Shown: positions 12,456 to 26,320, counted from the stretch's first letter. The stretch is DNA of 64,000 bases from Octopus bimaculoides (GCF_001194135.2 NC_069000.1:15387199-15451198); one strand, 5' to 3'. The notes: generated by a model not told the origin, from the letters alone. Translations and numbers: made by a program.

Positions 12456-12575
12456 CTCTGGTCCCCGGTAGGGAATTCCATTGATGATCTCTGGGGAAGC
12501 ATACAGTGGACTACCACAGAAAGTTGTGAGAGGAGAATTATTACTGAAGAAGTTGGACAGACCAAAATCAGCAAC
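12456..12575 (-). CDS. NUAK: NUAK kinase exon 5 ([40 protein letters not shown]), 120 nt
   Basis: DFG motif and T-loop [14 protein letters not shown] containing the LKB1-type Thr; TAG acceptor, donor GAG|GTAAGG. Confidence 0.97.
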
Positions 12576-12873
12576 CTAGTCAGAAGGAAAATGAAACCAA
12601 CAAATAATTAAATTAAATTAGTGATGAGAATAAATGTGATTCTTACAAGCTAAACAATCTTTGGGATAAAAACTCTCTCTCTCTATGCATGTATATCCAT
12701 GTATGTACACGTGTGTATGTGCATATGCATATATATAACTGTCATCTCTGAAGAGCACAAGGTTATGTAATTGAGCCATTACCTAACACTCCATTGAACT
12801 GCTGATGCAAAACCGACTGAAAAGATCAGCCGTAATGGATACATATAATACTGTACACTTTGATCAATATTAT

Positions 12874-12922
<49 letters not shown>

Positions 12923-13032
12923 AGTAAAGAAATAAGAGTAAGTAGATGGAGGGAGAGAAAAAATAGGATGGCATGAACAAGTAAAATATCGATGTTACAA
13001 TATGTTCCAGCTTGTTTAGTAATAATGCTTAC

Positions 13033-13098
13033 CTTAACATTTTCATCTCTGTCCAGTACAATATTCTCTAATTTCAGATCACGGTGGACAATACCATT
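13033..13098 (-). CDS. NUAK: NUAK kinase exon 4 (NGIVHRDLKLENIVLDRDENVK), 66 nt
   Basis: Catalytic loop HRDLKLEN; TAG acceptor, donor AAG|GTAAGC. Confidence 0.97.
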
Positions 13099-13473
13099 CT
13101 AAAAGTGTAAAGAAGAAAAGAAAATAAAAAGATGTAATTTACATAGCTGCAAACACACACGTCTGATTTTAAAAATAGGAGCATTAGAATTCAATACCAC
13201 AAAGCAGAGAATATAGATATACTTTTACTTCTTTCAGTCATTCGACACTGGCCATGCTGGAGCACCACCTCGAAGGGTTTTAATGGAACAAATCAACCCC
13301 AGTATTTATGCATCTGTTTTGGCAGGGATGGATGGATGCCCTTCCTACCCCCTCCCCAGCAGAATAGAATAAAGCCATACCCACTCGGCTGGGCATGGGT
13401 GGAAGGGAGATGCATTCCCTTTTTTTTTTCCTTGTCTTGCAAGTTACTTGGTGCTCTCACGAGTGCTTGAGGT

Positions 13474-13504
<31 letters not shown>

Positions 13505-13635
13505 GCACCACTACACACTCTAAGGTGGTACCCCAGACTGAAACAAGTAAAAGATCAAAGGCAGTGGTATGTATTCTTCTCGAATTTTAGCTAATTTCAG
13601 AATATATATGAAGGCATGTTAACAACGGCCCTTAC

Positions 13636-13787
13636 CTGGTGGCAATAATATATTGCTGAAGCGATTTGCCGAAACATTCGTCTGGCTTCTCTCTCAGGTA
13701 AAGGTTTCTTCTTATTGATATAGTCATAGAGTTCCCCTCCAGCAGCGTAATCCATCACCATAATTATCTTCTCCTTGTTCTCAAACA
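13636..13787 (-). CDS. NUAK: NUAK kinase exon 3 (VFENKEKIIMVMDYAAGGELYDYINKKKPLPEREARRMFRQIASAIYYCHQ), 152 nt
   Basis: CAG acceptor at 13790-13788, donor CAG|GTAAGG; hinge and alphaE region of an AMPK-related kinase. Confidence 0.96.
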
Positions 13788-13965
13788 CTGAAAAATATCA
13801 GAAGAAAAAAAACATCTCTTTAATGTCTTAAAGTATGCATGATGCTTGTAGGAGAATAAGGGTCAAATTATTATTTATGCCAATGAAGCTCAGTTAATTT
13901 GTTGGTTGTTCTTTGCCATCACTTCCTTAATGTGTACCTGTTAAGGGAATTTCAACATGAGTCCC

Positions 13966-14185
13966 TTAACCTTTAGCATTGAAACCAGCCATATTTGGCT
14001 TTAATATTCTTCCTGTATTATATTTAAACTGGTCAGATCAGGCCTCTAGCACCTATCCTGCAATGTCATTCTAAAAATAAACAATCATATCATCAAGTTC
14101 TTGAAGCTATGAGATACTTATTCACATTGCTTTGAATACATTAAACATTACATTTGACAGAGTAATCTGAATGTTAAAGGGTTAA
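13966..14185 (-). mobile_element. Same MITE family, opposite orientation, in intron 2
   Basis: TTAA at both ends (13966-13969, 14182-14185); its reverse complement matches 11306 ff at 32/34 nt at the end and 40/44 nt internally. Confidence 0.85.
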
Positions 14186-15346
14186 ATCATATGCACTATA
14201 GTCTTTAAAAAAATACAGAATTTTCACAGCTGGAATACCTTTAATCATTAGTCTGCTTATCAGTCAAGACAGACCTGAGTATAAGCAACAAAGCAAAAAC
14301 AACCAACCAATTGTTACCTGTCCATACAGTTGTTGCTTGGCCACAGGTCAGCCTAGTTGAAATTCAACTTAAGAACAAAGGCATTTCAACTGCCACCTTT
14401 CCTAGGACTACATAATTTAATCTATTCCTTTCTGTTTTTCTAGAATGGCAGAGCATAATTCGAAGAATTTAGCTATTATCTCTATGTAAGTAAAAAAAAA
14501 AAAAAAACCCCAAAATAACCCAACAAACAGTATTTTATATGTCCTTCTTATTGGTTGTTATATTGTAATAGATATTAAAGTCGAAGTCAAAATACAGAAG
14601 AACAGTGTGTAAAATAAATTTACTTTCAAAAGGCTGCCAAGCGAGGAAATCAAGACAAAAATGCATAGGAACCCCTGACAGAGAGGGCTCTACCTTGCTC
14701 CTGGTTCAAGCAAGAGTTTAACTGAATTTATATATTGTTGATTCATTTTTAAGTGATTTTTATCTTCAGAGACTCAAAACAAGTTTTTCTTGTCTCCAGT
14801 ACGATATATAAGGAATATATTCCAATTGGGAGACATCAATCATCTTAACACAATAACCCAACAAATTAAAGCCAATCATAAATTATCACACACACACACA
14901 CATATATATATATATAGAGAGAGAGGGGGGGGGGGGGAGGCAAACATTTTTTTTTATGTGACAAACCAAGTGCAAAGTCATTAAGTAGGTTTTTGAAAGA
15001 TTTCAACAAGATACTTGATATGTAAGAAATTACTGTAAGGAATAAAATAGAATTATGGTAAGGGAATAAAATAAGTGGAGAGGAAAAAGATCAACATTGC
15101 TCACAGCAGTTAAAAGTATTTATAAAGGTCAGAGAGAGACATCTTTAATAATTATTAGAGAGAGAGAGAAAGAAGGAGAGCTTTAAAAGTTTTGTAAGGT
15201 TTCGAGTGGGAAGCACAAGATACAATATACAGCAAAAGAAGTACCTTGAAATTTGCGAAGTTGGGGAGATGAAACACTGAAAGGGTCTCTCCCATTCACT
15301 TCTCCTCTTCTCATTTTACGAGCGTTCATATGTGGGGGACAAGTTT

Positions 15347-15388
<42 letters not shown>

Positions 15389-17106
15389 TACATATGAAGG
15401 CCAACTAGCATACATATTGCTTTCTCTATTTAGACCATATAACTGTGACATGACATTTATTGTTTAAGGACGTGCATACATTTTAAAAATTTAAACATAC
15501 AGCACCATGCTCTTACTGCTAAACTGGAAACAAAGAAATGAACACATATTTATCTCTATCTGGCTGTGTGTGTGTGTGTGTGTGTTAAATAAACTGGAGG
15601 AAGCAGTTGTTTTATTGCATTATGCTACAATTGTTTCATCAATGCTTTGTCAGAAAAATTGTTGCTGGAATATTCTTATATAATATACAAAATAATACAT
15701 CGCATTAATATAATTTTATCAATCCTGGAAAATGTCAGCTTTTCAGGTATTATGTATGAACTGGTTTGCTTCATTCTCCTAGTTAATATTTATATAAACT
15801 CTATGGATATTCATGGTTTTTTCAGATGCATCTTCAGTAAAGCAATCAATTTTCACTGTAAAACCATATCTGATGATAGACACCTTTGGACTGGCCTTTT
15901 TAAAGTAAACCCAAGTAAATTGATACATGTGTATATGCTGCAAAGCTATGGTTCCAGGTTGCAAGAAGTGCAAACAGCTAATTATTTCCACCTCAATAGT
16001 AGATTAGGCTGAAAACTGTGAATGTTTGTGTGTATGTATCTGAATCAAATATGTTAAACCAACAGATGTTAAACACAGACACCTGCATATACACACGCAC
16101 ATATGCATATATATATACACCTATACATACACAAGTCTGTATATAACAATACTGCACATGATATGCAGACACATTGGTATGCAGACATATTGGCTTTGTT
16201 GACTGACATTTCAAAATTACATTCACATGGCTGAAGGTGTACTCCAGCATGGCCTGAGCATGATGACCTAAAGCAATCTAAAGAACACTCTCTCTCTCTC
16301 CCCCTCTCTCACTCACTCACTCACTCACACACAGTTTTAACAATACTACAAATACACAGATCCGAACCCGTTTGACAAGCTTTATATCTAATCTTACTTG
16401 AGTTTATTATTTTGAATTGGTCCAGAAAACATTGGCAAAGAAAAAAGTTAATTTAGTGTATGTTCTATTTTGTCTACTTTGCAACAGTGACAATGTGTTT
16501 TTTTTTTGGGGGGGGGGAGAATCTACAGGGTTTTTCTCAGAAAAACAATGTTACCTGACATGATTATCTTTCAAGTAATACCTACTATAATATATCTTAG
16601 ATAAATGTATTGAGATGGGTTTTTTTTCTTTTTATCTATTCAGCAATCATCACCTCCTTAACATTATATCATATCTTTGTTATATAGTGTGCCACCATAC
16701 CCATTACATCTTCTCATTGTATCACTACACACAGAGACACAGAAACAGACACGTGCATCTCACTCCCTCTCTGTCTCTTGGTATCAATAACCAGTTGTTT
16801 GAACTTGGTATACATATATTTCACATTATTAGTAAAGTCCAAGAAGGTATGAATTGTTGGACATTCTTTACTGAGGACNNNNNNNNNNNNNNNNNNNNNN
16901 NNNNNNNNNNNNNNNNNNNNNNNNNNNNNNNNNNNNNNNNNNNNNNNNNNNNNNNNNNNNNNNNNNNNNNNNNNNNNNTGGCAAAGTTTCTACAACTGGA
17001 TGCCCTTCCTAATGCCAACCACTCTGAGGGTGCAATAGGTGCTTTTTACGTGCCACCAGCACAAGGGCCAGTCAGGCAGGACTGGCTGGCCACAACTTTT
17101 AATTTC

Positions 17107-17148
<42 letters not shown>

Positions 17149-17549
17149 TAGAATGTACACACACACACATATATATAAACCTGATTTGTTTTATGCTTGT
17201 TATTGAGTGAAATTATATACAAAAACATTAAAATGGAGGATAACTTAGTACTGTTTAGTAGAGTATATATTTAGTAACTTTTACAACGCCAAAGTTGGCA
17301 GTGACTTTGATGTTTCAAATTGCCTGCTATCATAGACACACACACACACACACTGTTCTTCTTTTGATATATACATGTATATGCACAACTGTGGCCCAAC
17401 CCTTGCCAACATGGCAGGCAGACATTAAATGATGACAATAATTAGGTAACGAGCTCATTAAATCTGTACCATGTCTATGATTTTGTATATATTCAGACAA
17501 TCTATTTGAAACATATGAATTTAACAAAGTAGTTATATATACACACACA

Positions 17550-17650
<101 letters not shown>

Positions 17651-18183
17651 ATAGATTTTTAAGATAGAGAGAGAACGCGATGCAAATAGTGAACAGGGTG
17701 TCAGGTTTCTCATTAAAGATTCAATGATTTCTATCAAGTTACTGATATTATTCAATGTTCTCCCACACAAAACATTTAACAATCAAATAGTAAAGTCCAT
17801 CTATCTGCAAATAGAAACCATAATGTTTGTTAGGTGAGCAGTTTTGTAAGTAGGAAGAATCTTGCATTTTGAATAATTAACAGGTGTTTTTTTTTTTTTG
17901 TCTGAATTTCTCTTTGCAATATTAAATTCATACCATCCTGTTTTAAGGGTAAGCAGGTTGGTAAAAAGAGAAACAGCAGTTATTCAGCTCTACTTTGCCG
18001 CCTTGTCATTGGATCCGAGCCATGGTTTTTGTTTACATGCAGTATGTAATTGGTTGGCGGGTACAAAACAGTCTATTTGTACATTAATATTAATATGTTG
18101 ACTATGGAAGTGTTCCATTGTGCATGCATATATCTTTAGTTTTAATTAACATGGCTAGAGCCAGACTGGAGCATCAAGTTCAA

Positions 18184-18251
<68 letters not shown>

Positions 18252-18717
18252 GGACATAACATTGATTTCAAATTTTGGCACAAGGCCAGCAGTTTTTGGG
18301 GGGAGGGGGAGGGGCAAGTTGATTAACTCGATCCCAATGCTCAGTTGGTACTTATTTCATTGACCTCAAAAGGATGAAAGGCAAAGTGGACCTCAGAGGA
18401 TTTTCAACTCAGAATGTAAAAGCGGATGAAATACCACTAAGCATTTTGCCCAATGTGCCAACCATTCTGCAAGCTCACTACCATTATAATGGACATAATA
18501 TTAATACCAAGGAGCCTTACATGAGTGATTCTTTTTCTTAGCTAATTTTCACCCAATCAAATTATCCCTTTGTTTTTGGTACAAGTCACCCTGATGGATA
18601 GACATGCTCACAAAGTGATTTTTGACCTATCAGCGGTCACCTTCAGCATTTGTCTAAGGAGCCACATCACTGCCTTGGAAACACTTGCGTCCCTAGGTGG
18701 GCATGAAACACCAACCC

Positions 18718-18945
18718 TTTCTGTCTATCTGTCTGTCTGTCTATTTATCTGTGTCTATTTATCTGTCTGTCTATTTATCTGTCTGTCTATTTATCTGTCT
18801 GTCTATTTATCTGTCTGTCTATTTATCTGTCTGTCTATTTATCTGTCTGTCTATTTACCTGTCTGTCTATTTACCTGTCTGTCTATTTACCTGTCTGTCT
18901 ATTTACCTGTCTGTCTATTTACCTGTCTGTCTATTTATCTGTCTG
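18718..18945. repeat. 16-bp compound tandem repeat (TCTATTTATCTGTCTG / TCTATTTACCTGTCTG)n
   Basis: Directly visible; a T-to-C variant occupies a block of units. Confidence 0.95.
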
Positions 18946-19044
18946 CCTGCACATGCATTATATAATAAGACAGAGGGGAACACAGATTTATTAAAATAAA
19001 AAATTGAAAAAGAGGAAAGATGAAGAAGATACCATAAATAGGTA

Positions 19045-19087
<43 letters not shown>

Positions 19088-19655
19088 ACACTAATTCATC
19101 AGTCCAGCCCAGTCCACAACACTATTGCTGTGGTGCCCATGAAGACCAACATTGTTTCTTTCTAAAGAGTACCAAATATAGTTTCCAAGAAGGGAAGGAA
19201 ATATTCTGGGGTAAGTGGGGTGAATGAGTCAGAAAGAGAGGGGATGAGTCAATAGTGCAGACTATGTGAGAGACAAAAAAAAAAATCATAGAGAGAGAGA
19301 GAGAGAGAGAGANNNNNNNNNNAGAGAGAGAGAGAGAGAGAGAGAGTATGGTGTGGGAGGGAATGAATGCCATGCTGGCGAAGACACAGACAGACAGGCA
19401 GACAGATAGATGAAGTATGAGGGGGAGAAAGAGAATATTAAGTATATATGTCAGCAGCTGAATGAAGTGAACAGGAAAAGAGAAGGCTGTGTGATAAATG
19501 TGAATGGAATGGGAAGAGGGTTAAAATAGGTGAGTCATGTGACCCTATTATGCTTGCAGCCCCTTCTCTGTCCCCACTTGCCTTTTTTGATAAATATATA
19601 AATAGTAAAAGAAAAATTATTTTATAAAGAATTCAATAAATGCCAAAAGGGATAC

Positions 19656-19689
<34 letters not shown>

Positions 19690-19699
19690 NNNNNNNNNN

Positions 19700-19735
<36 letters not shown>

Positions 19736-21506
19736 GGTAAAACTCTTTTACCTTCTGTCCTTCACTTGTTTCAACCATTAGGCTGTAGCCATGCTGGGGC
19801 ATCGCCTTGAAGAACATTTAGTAGAATGGGTCACATCTATAACTTATTTCTTTCATCAAAAGCCTGGTATTTAATTCTATCAATCTGTTTTGCTGGACTG
19901 CTAAGTTACGGGGGACTTAAACAAGACCAGCAGTATTGAGTGAAGGGGAGCTAGTTGTCACCATTAATTCATTAATTCTAGTATTTGACAGATACTTTAT
20001 TTTATCCACCCTAACAGGATGAAAAGCAAAGTTGCCCATGGCAGGTTATGAACCCAGAATATAAAAAGCAAGAAGAGATATTGTAAAGTAATTTTTCCAA
20101 TGATTTAACCTTTCTTCCAGCTCATTGCCTTCATTGCAGTGATGACAACAGAAAAACACATCAATCTAGAAAAATTGGAAATCTACCACCCATTTACAGT
20201 CCATAAAAATTACTGAATACCAACTAATGCATACATATCACTACACTCACTGGTCTATCACAGAGAAGATTTCTTTTTTGTGTATGTGTGATTACTCTAA
20301 TCCACTGAGCTATAGGAGACCCCTCATAAGGCCTTTGTTAACAGTTGCAAAACAAATATATATCTTCTATCTTTTAAGTGTTTCAGTTGTTGGACTGTGA
20401 CCATGATAACTAAGGTAGTATCTCGAAGTGTTTAGTCAAACAAGTCGACCCCAGGACTTATACACACATAAATATATACATACATAAATATATACATTCA
20501 TATATACATATGTATATATGATGGGCTTCTTTCAGTTTCCATTCACCAAAACAAATGAAGGATTTGGTTGGCCTGAGGTTATAAAAGAAGACACTTGCCC
20601 AAGGTGCCATGCAGTAGGACTGAACCGAAATTCATGTGGTTGGGAAGTAAATTTCCGACAAGCCAAAAATTAGACATGTATTGGTGGTTTACACTTCTTT
20701 CTTGTTATACAGGCATACAGAAATGGTGTGAGTGATGTTCACTCCTGATGGAGTGGCAGCAGTAGTCATGACAGAGTATATCTGCAGCATTTTATACAAG
20801 TAGAGCCAACTCAACTTCCAGTGTGGGAAAAGCTTTTTTTTTTTGTGGTGGTGGTGGTGGTGGGAGTGAGAGTGGGGGGGAGTGAGAGAGAAGGAGGAGT
20901 GAAAAGAATCAACTCAAGTATTGGAGTGATACTCTATTTGTTGCTTCACAAAGAAGAAGTAAAGGTGAAGTTGACCTCAGCAGGATTCGAGCTCAAAGTG
21001 CAGAGGACCAGAAAGAATATCACAAAAACGTTCTCTCCAATGCTCTAATGACTGCCAAACTACTGCCAAAAAAGAAAAAGGTATTTCAACAATTATTTTG
21101 TAAAGGATAAGGGGAGGGGGATGGATAAAGATAGAGGAGAAAGCATGAGAGCAGAGAAAGTAAGGGTGGGTGGGTAAGAAAGCAAGAAAAGTAGAGAGAA
21201 AAAGAGGAAGAAAGAAAGAAAGAAAGAAACATGCATGCATGTGTGAGCACATGTGATTCAGAATCTGACTGTAACAGTGAATGTGTGTTAAAAGGTGGTA
21301 TGTATATCAAGGCTGTATTAACTACCATTCTTTTTTTTTTCTTCAGCTAATGTCTAAACCTAATTTTACAAACTACATACCTACCAACGTATATACCATT
21401 ACATACCATTATACGCATACATGCCATTAGACACACACATACACACAACTATGCATGTGTACACAAAAGAAAATTACTCTACCATTGCACATAAGACCTC
21501 TATCAA

Positions 21507-21547
<41 letters not shown>

Positions 21548-22734
21548 NNNNNNNNNNNNNNNNNNNNNNNNNNNNNNNNNNNNNNNNNNNNNNNNNNNNN
21601 NNNNNNNNNNNNNNNNNNNNNNNNNNNNNNNNNNNNNNNNNNNNNNNNNNNNNNNNNNNNNNNNNNNNNNNNNNNNNNNNNNNNNNNNNNNNNNNNNNNN
21701 NNNNNNNNNNNNNNNNNNNNNNNNNNNNNNNNNNNNNNNNNNNNNNNNNNNNNNNNNNNNNNNNNNNNNNNNNNNNNNNNNNNNNNNNNNNNNNNNNNNN
21801 NNNNNNNNNNNNNNNNNNNNNNNNNNNNNNNNNNNNNNNNNNNNNNNNNNNNNNNNNNNNNNNNNNNNNNNNNNNNNNNNNNNNNNNNNNNNNNNNNNNN
21901 NNNNNNNNNNNNNNNNNNNNNNNNNNNNNNNNNNNNNNNNNNNNNNNNNNNNNNNNNNNNNNNNNNNNNNNNNNNNNNNNNNNNNNNNNNNNNNNNNNNN
22001 NNNNNNNNNNNNNNNNNNNNNNNNNNNNNNNNNNNNNNNNNNNNNNNNNNNNNNNNNNNNNNNNNNNNNNNNNNNNNNNNNNNNNNNNAAAAAAAAAAAA
22101 AGGAAAAATTCACAGAAACATTCAACATCAAAGCAAACAAAGAAAATGGTAATAATGGAAAGGAAAGGCAAGAAGGAACCAGTAAAATTTCAAACTCTGT
22201 AGAAGCTCTGTTCATTTAAGGTTAGTTAGTATAGTTTAGTCTACTAGTTGCAATAAGAGTCACCAAGACAAAAGTATTCATTAGCAAACAATTAAAATCA
22301 AACAACAAGAAAAAAGGAAAAGAACAAAGAAAAAGCAACAGACACACACATATATATATATATATATATATGTATGTATACAAAAGCTCTAAGATTCTAT
22401 CTTATCAGACAGAGATATTTAAGTACTGCCATGGTTGACTGGAGATGGGAAGAGTTCAGACAAACTTGGCTTGCAGGTTAAATAGGAGAGAAAAGAAAAC
22501 AACAACAACAACAACAACAACAAAAAAATGTTACTGAAATGAAAATGTTAAGTGGTTGTGATGGTGTTGCTGTTAGTGATGGCAGTGATTCTTGTTTAGC
22601 TCAGGTGCTGGTCTGATCAAACTGATGGACCTGACCTTTTAGATCAAAGTTAGGAAGAGTTCTAGCCATGACCATTCATTCCATCTTATTATTCAGTTGT
22701 TTACAGTTGGTGATGTTTCAGTACTTTTTTACTC

Positions 22735-23062
22735 TCTTAATTGTTTCAGTCATTTGACTGCGGTCTTGCTGGAGCAGCACCTTCAGTCGAATAAATCGAC
22801 CCCAGGACTTATTCTTTGTAAGCCTAGTACTTATTCTATTGGTCTCTTTTTGCCAAACTGCTAAGTGACGGGGACGTAAACACACCAGCATCGGTTGTCA
22901 AGCGATGGTGGGAGGACAAACACAGACACAAACACAGACACAAACACATACATACATACATATATATATATGACGGGCTTCTTTCAGTTTTTGTCTACCA
23001 AATCCACTCACAAGACTTTAGTTGGCCTGAGGCTATAGTAGAAGATACTTGCCCTAAGTGAC
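22735..23062 (-). mobile_element. Family 3 SINE
   Basis: High similarity to 61205-61519 and 37290-37665. Confidence 0.8.
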
Positions 23063-23538
23063 TACATTATCCAATGCTTCATCATCATACTTTAATGTCC
23101 ATTTTCCATGCTAGCATGAGTTGGATGGCTTGACCAGAGCTGGCAAGCCAGAGAGCTGCATCAGATTCTAGTCTGATTCAGCCTAGTTTCTAAAGCTGGA
23201 TGCCCTTCCTAATGCCGACCACTTTACAGAGTGTACTGGGTGGTTTTTACATGTCGTTGGTACAGACACTTTTATGAGATCTTGGAATGGACACTATCAT
23301 GCAGCGCCAGCACGGGGCTCTTACAGGCCAATCCTTTCCAGCAGGGGGTGAGTGGCATTAACACTTCTGATGTAGAGGATGGCTCTTCTTGAGAACAGCA
23401 AGGTGCTTCATTTGTCTGAAGTAGTCAGTTGTGATTTGAGAGAAAATTGGTAAACACCTGATTGTTACTAAATTGTCTTTGTGACCCCAGGTTAGCTCAG
23501 ACCAAACTGATCTATGATCGGAGGCGTAGGTGTGATGC

Positions 23539-23635
<97 letters not shown>

Positions 23636-23974
23636 TGCACGCATTACATTACATTACATGTATGACATTCTTGTTTTTTTTTTTTTATTCAGATTCAGTA
23701 TATCATCTTGGTGGCAACCTATTAATGGTGAAATTGAGAAGTAATGATACGGAAATAAAATAAATAATAATTAATGTGCGAAAATGAAAAAGAAAAAAAA
23801 AAAAAAAAGCAGGCTTAGTTGGAATGTAGTTATACGAGGGTGACAGGAATGTAATTTTGAAGTTTGTATTTAAACGTTCTAAGTAAAAAAGATCTTGACA
23901 GTGTGGGTTGCAATAAAATGAACAGGTAGTTTAGAACAAGTTCTCCAGAATGCAGTATAGGCGAATAAAAACAA

Positions 23975-24517
23975 AATAAAAAAAAAAACCTAAAAGTACT
24001 ACCTGCAAAGAGACAACACACACTACCACAAAGAAGCCTTCCTTATTGATATAATTTAACCATTTGGGTACAAGCATGGATGCATGTTTAAGATGGTTGC
24101 TTCAAAACAACTAAATGATATATAATCATGTGGTCATGTAATCAATCATACTGTCGGATGTTGTTATACATCATTGGTCACAATGCGCTTTGCATCATTT
24201 TAGCTTTTAAATGATGCCATCCCATTAGTTAGGAATAAAAAATACCTAAACCTACTACCTGCAAAGAGGCAGCACACACACTACCACAAAGAAGTCTTCC
24301 ATGTTGATACCATTTGACCATTCGGGCACAACCATATGTGTGTGTGTGTGTGTGTGTGTGCGTGTGTGTGGTTAAGATGGTTGCTTGAAAACAACTAAAT
24401 GGCATACAATTATGTGGTCATGTAATCAATCAGACTGTCGGATGTTGTTATACATCGCTGGTCACAATGCGCTTTGCATCATTTTAGCTTTTGTATGATG
24501 TCATCCCATTAGCTAGG
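23975..24517. repeat. Head-to-tail tandem duplication (about 23975-24233 and 24234-24517)
   Basis: Both units run aataaaaaa..cctaaa.ctactacctgcaaagag ... cccattag.tagg; the second carries a (TG)n expansion. Confidence 0.9.
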
Positions 24518-24982
24518 TGAGCAAGCTAACATTCCCCCTGATCGGAAAGCTAGTCTGTCACAGGGTTACTCATTTACAGTTGAGTAATATGAAACGAAAT
24601 ATTTTGCTCAAGAACACAATGTGCCACTTGGTTCAGGAATCAAACCTATTTTCTAAAGGTTAAGTGCAACACCCTAGCCACTAGGCCACGTGCCTTCACA
24701 CATGGTACATAATAAACAGACATGTGTGTATGTATCTATATATGATGCAAAAATAGTAATAAAAAATCCCAAAGATGAGGTTAAAAAAAAAGAGTGTATT
24801 AGGTTTACGCTCAAGAAAAATAGAAGGAAAAATCTTTTACATTTTAAGTATACAACTCTTCTACAGAAAGAAAAGAAGTGGACAGAAAAGAATGAAGGTG
24901 TCTCAATTAGATAGTCATGTATATATAGTGGGAACAGGGAAAATAAATTAGGGGATTCACAATATCAAAAATGGAAACCTAC

Positions 24983-25103
24983 CTTCTCGAACATTGATTA
25001 TATTGGGATGACTTAGAATTGATAAGATTTTAATCTCCCGACGGATCTTATTGAGGTCTTGTTTGTGCCGAATTTTGTTGAGCTTTATGTATTTGATGGC
25101 AAC
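24983..25103 (-). CDS. NUAK: NUAK kinase exon 2 (VAIKYIKLNKIRHKQDLNKIRREIKILSILSHPNIINVRE), 121 nt
   Basis: Translated by hand (absent from the ORF track). Polypyrimidine tract plus TAG acceptor, VAIK catalytic Lys, RREI alphaC Glu, donor G|GTAGGT; phases match exons 1 and 3. Confidence 0.95.
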
Positions 25104-25538
25104 CTATAAGAGAAATAAAAACAAAAATATTTCAGTGTTTTTCAAAGAAAGAAAGAAAGGAAGGAAGAAACAAGGAAAAAGCCTTGAGAGCCAGAATGAT
25201 AAACTCAACGGGATGGTTGTGGATGTGTGTATGTATGTATATATATATATANNNNNNNNNNNNNNNNNNNNNNNNNNNNNNNNNNNNNNNNNNNNNNNNN
25301 NNNNNNNNNNNNNNNNNNNNNNNNNNNNNNNNNNNNNNNNNNNNNNNNNNNNNNNNNNNNNNNNNNNNNNNNNNNNNNNNNNNNNNNNNNNNNNNNNNNN
25401 NNNNNNNNNNNNNNNNNNNNNNNNNNNNNNNNNNNNNNNNNNNNNNNNNNNNNNNNNNNNNNNNNNNNNNNNNNNNNNNNNNNNNNNNNNNNNNNNNNNN
25501 NNNNNNNNNNNNNNNNNNNNNNNNNNNNNNNNNNNNNN

Positions 25539-25574
<36 letters not shown>

Positions 25575-25698
25575 ACTTGGGGATGGTCATATTGCCAGTT
25601 TAGCCAATAAAAACACAAGCACTGTATATTTGGTGTTAATTTGCTTCAGCTTTATATTTCAACACGATTTCACATAAAAAATCTTGCAAAACAAATAT

Positions 25699-25775
<77 letters not shown>

Positions 25776-26017
25776 CATACACACACTCATGTTTTGAGTT
25801 CTATTTTCCTGTTTACATTGTCAAACCTGTATATCTATAGGAAAAGTTATTTCCTAATGATATGGACAGGAGAGGAAATAAAAGTCATGTTGTGAATTCC
25901 AGTCACCAGAATTTTGTTGACTTCATACAGCATTTGCAAAGATGAATATATTCATGATTACACCAATACATACATACATATACACACACTATGATTGAAA
26001 AACAACAATAATAGGAC

Positions 26018-26320
26018 ATCATCATCATCATCTTCGTTTAATGTCCGCTTTCCATGCTAGCATGGGTTGGACGATTTGACTGAGGACTGGTGAACCAGAT
26101 GGCTACACCAGGCACCAATCTGATTTGGCAGAGTTTCTACAGCTGGATGCCCTTCCTAGCGCCAACCACTCCGAGAGTGTAGTGGATGCTTTTACGTGCC
26201 ACCGGCATGAAGGCCAGTCAGGTGGAACTGGCAACAGCCACGCTTGAAATGGTGTATTTTATGTGCCACCTACACAGGAGCCAATCCAGCGGCACTGGCA
26301 ACGATGTGACAGCTAAAATG
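26018..26320 (-). mobile_element. Young copy of the (GAT)n-tailed RTE-like 3' end
   Basis: Near-identical to the reverse complement of 3870-4087 and to 49133-49233. Confidence 0.75.

Noticed and set aside
12747-12785. Hammerhead core CTGAAGAG in intron 4
   Set aside because: No stem II partner or GAAAC follows; at most a heavily decayed relic.
15647-16012. 121-aa plus-strand ORF in intron 2
   Set aside because: TTG start, hydrophobic AT-rich composition, no domain motif or splice support.
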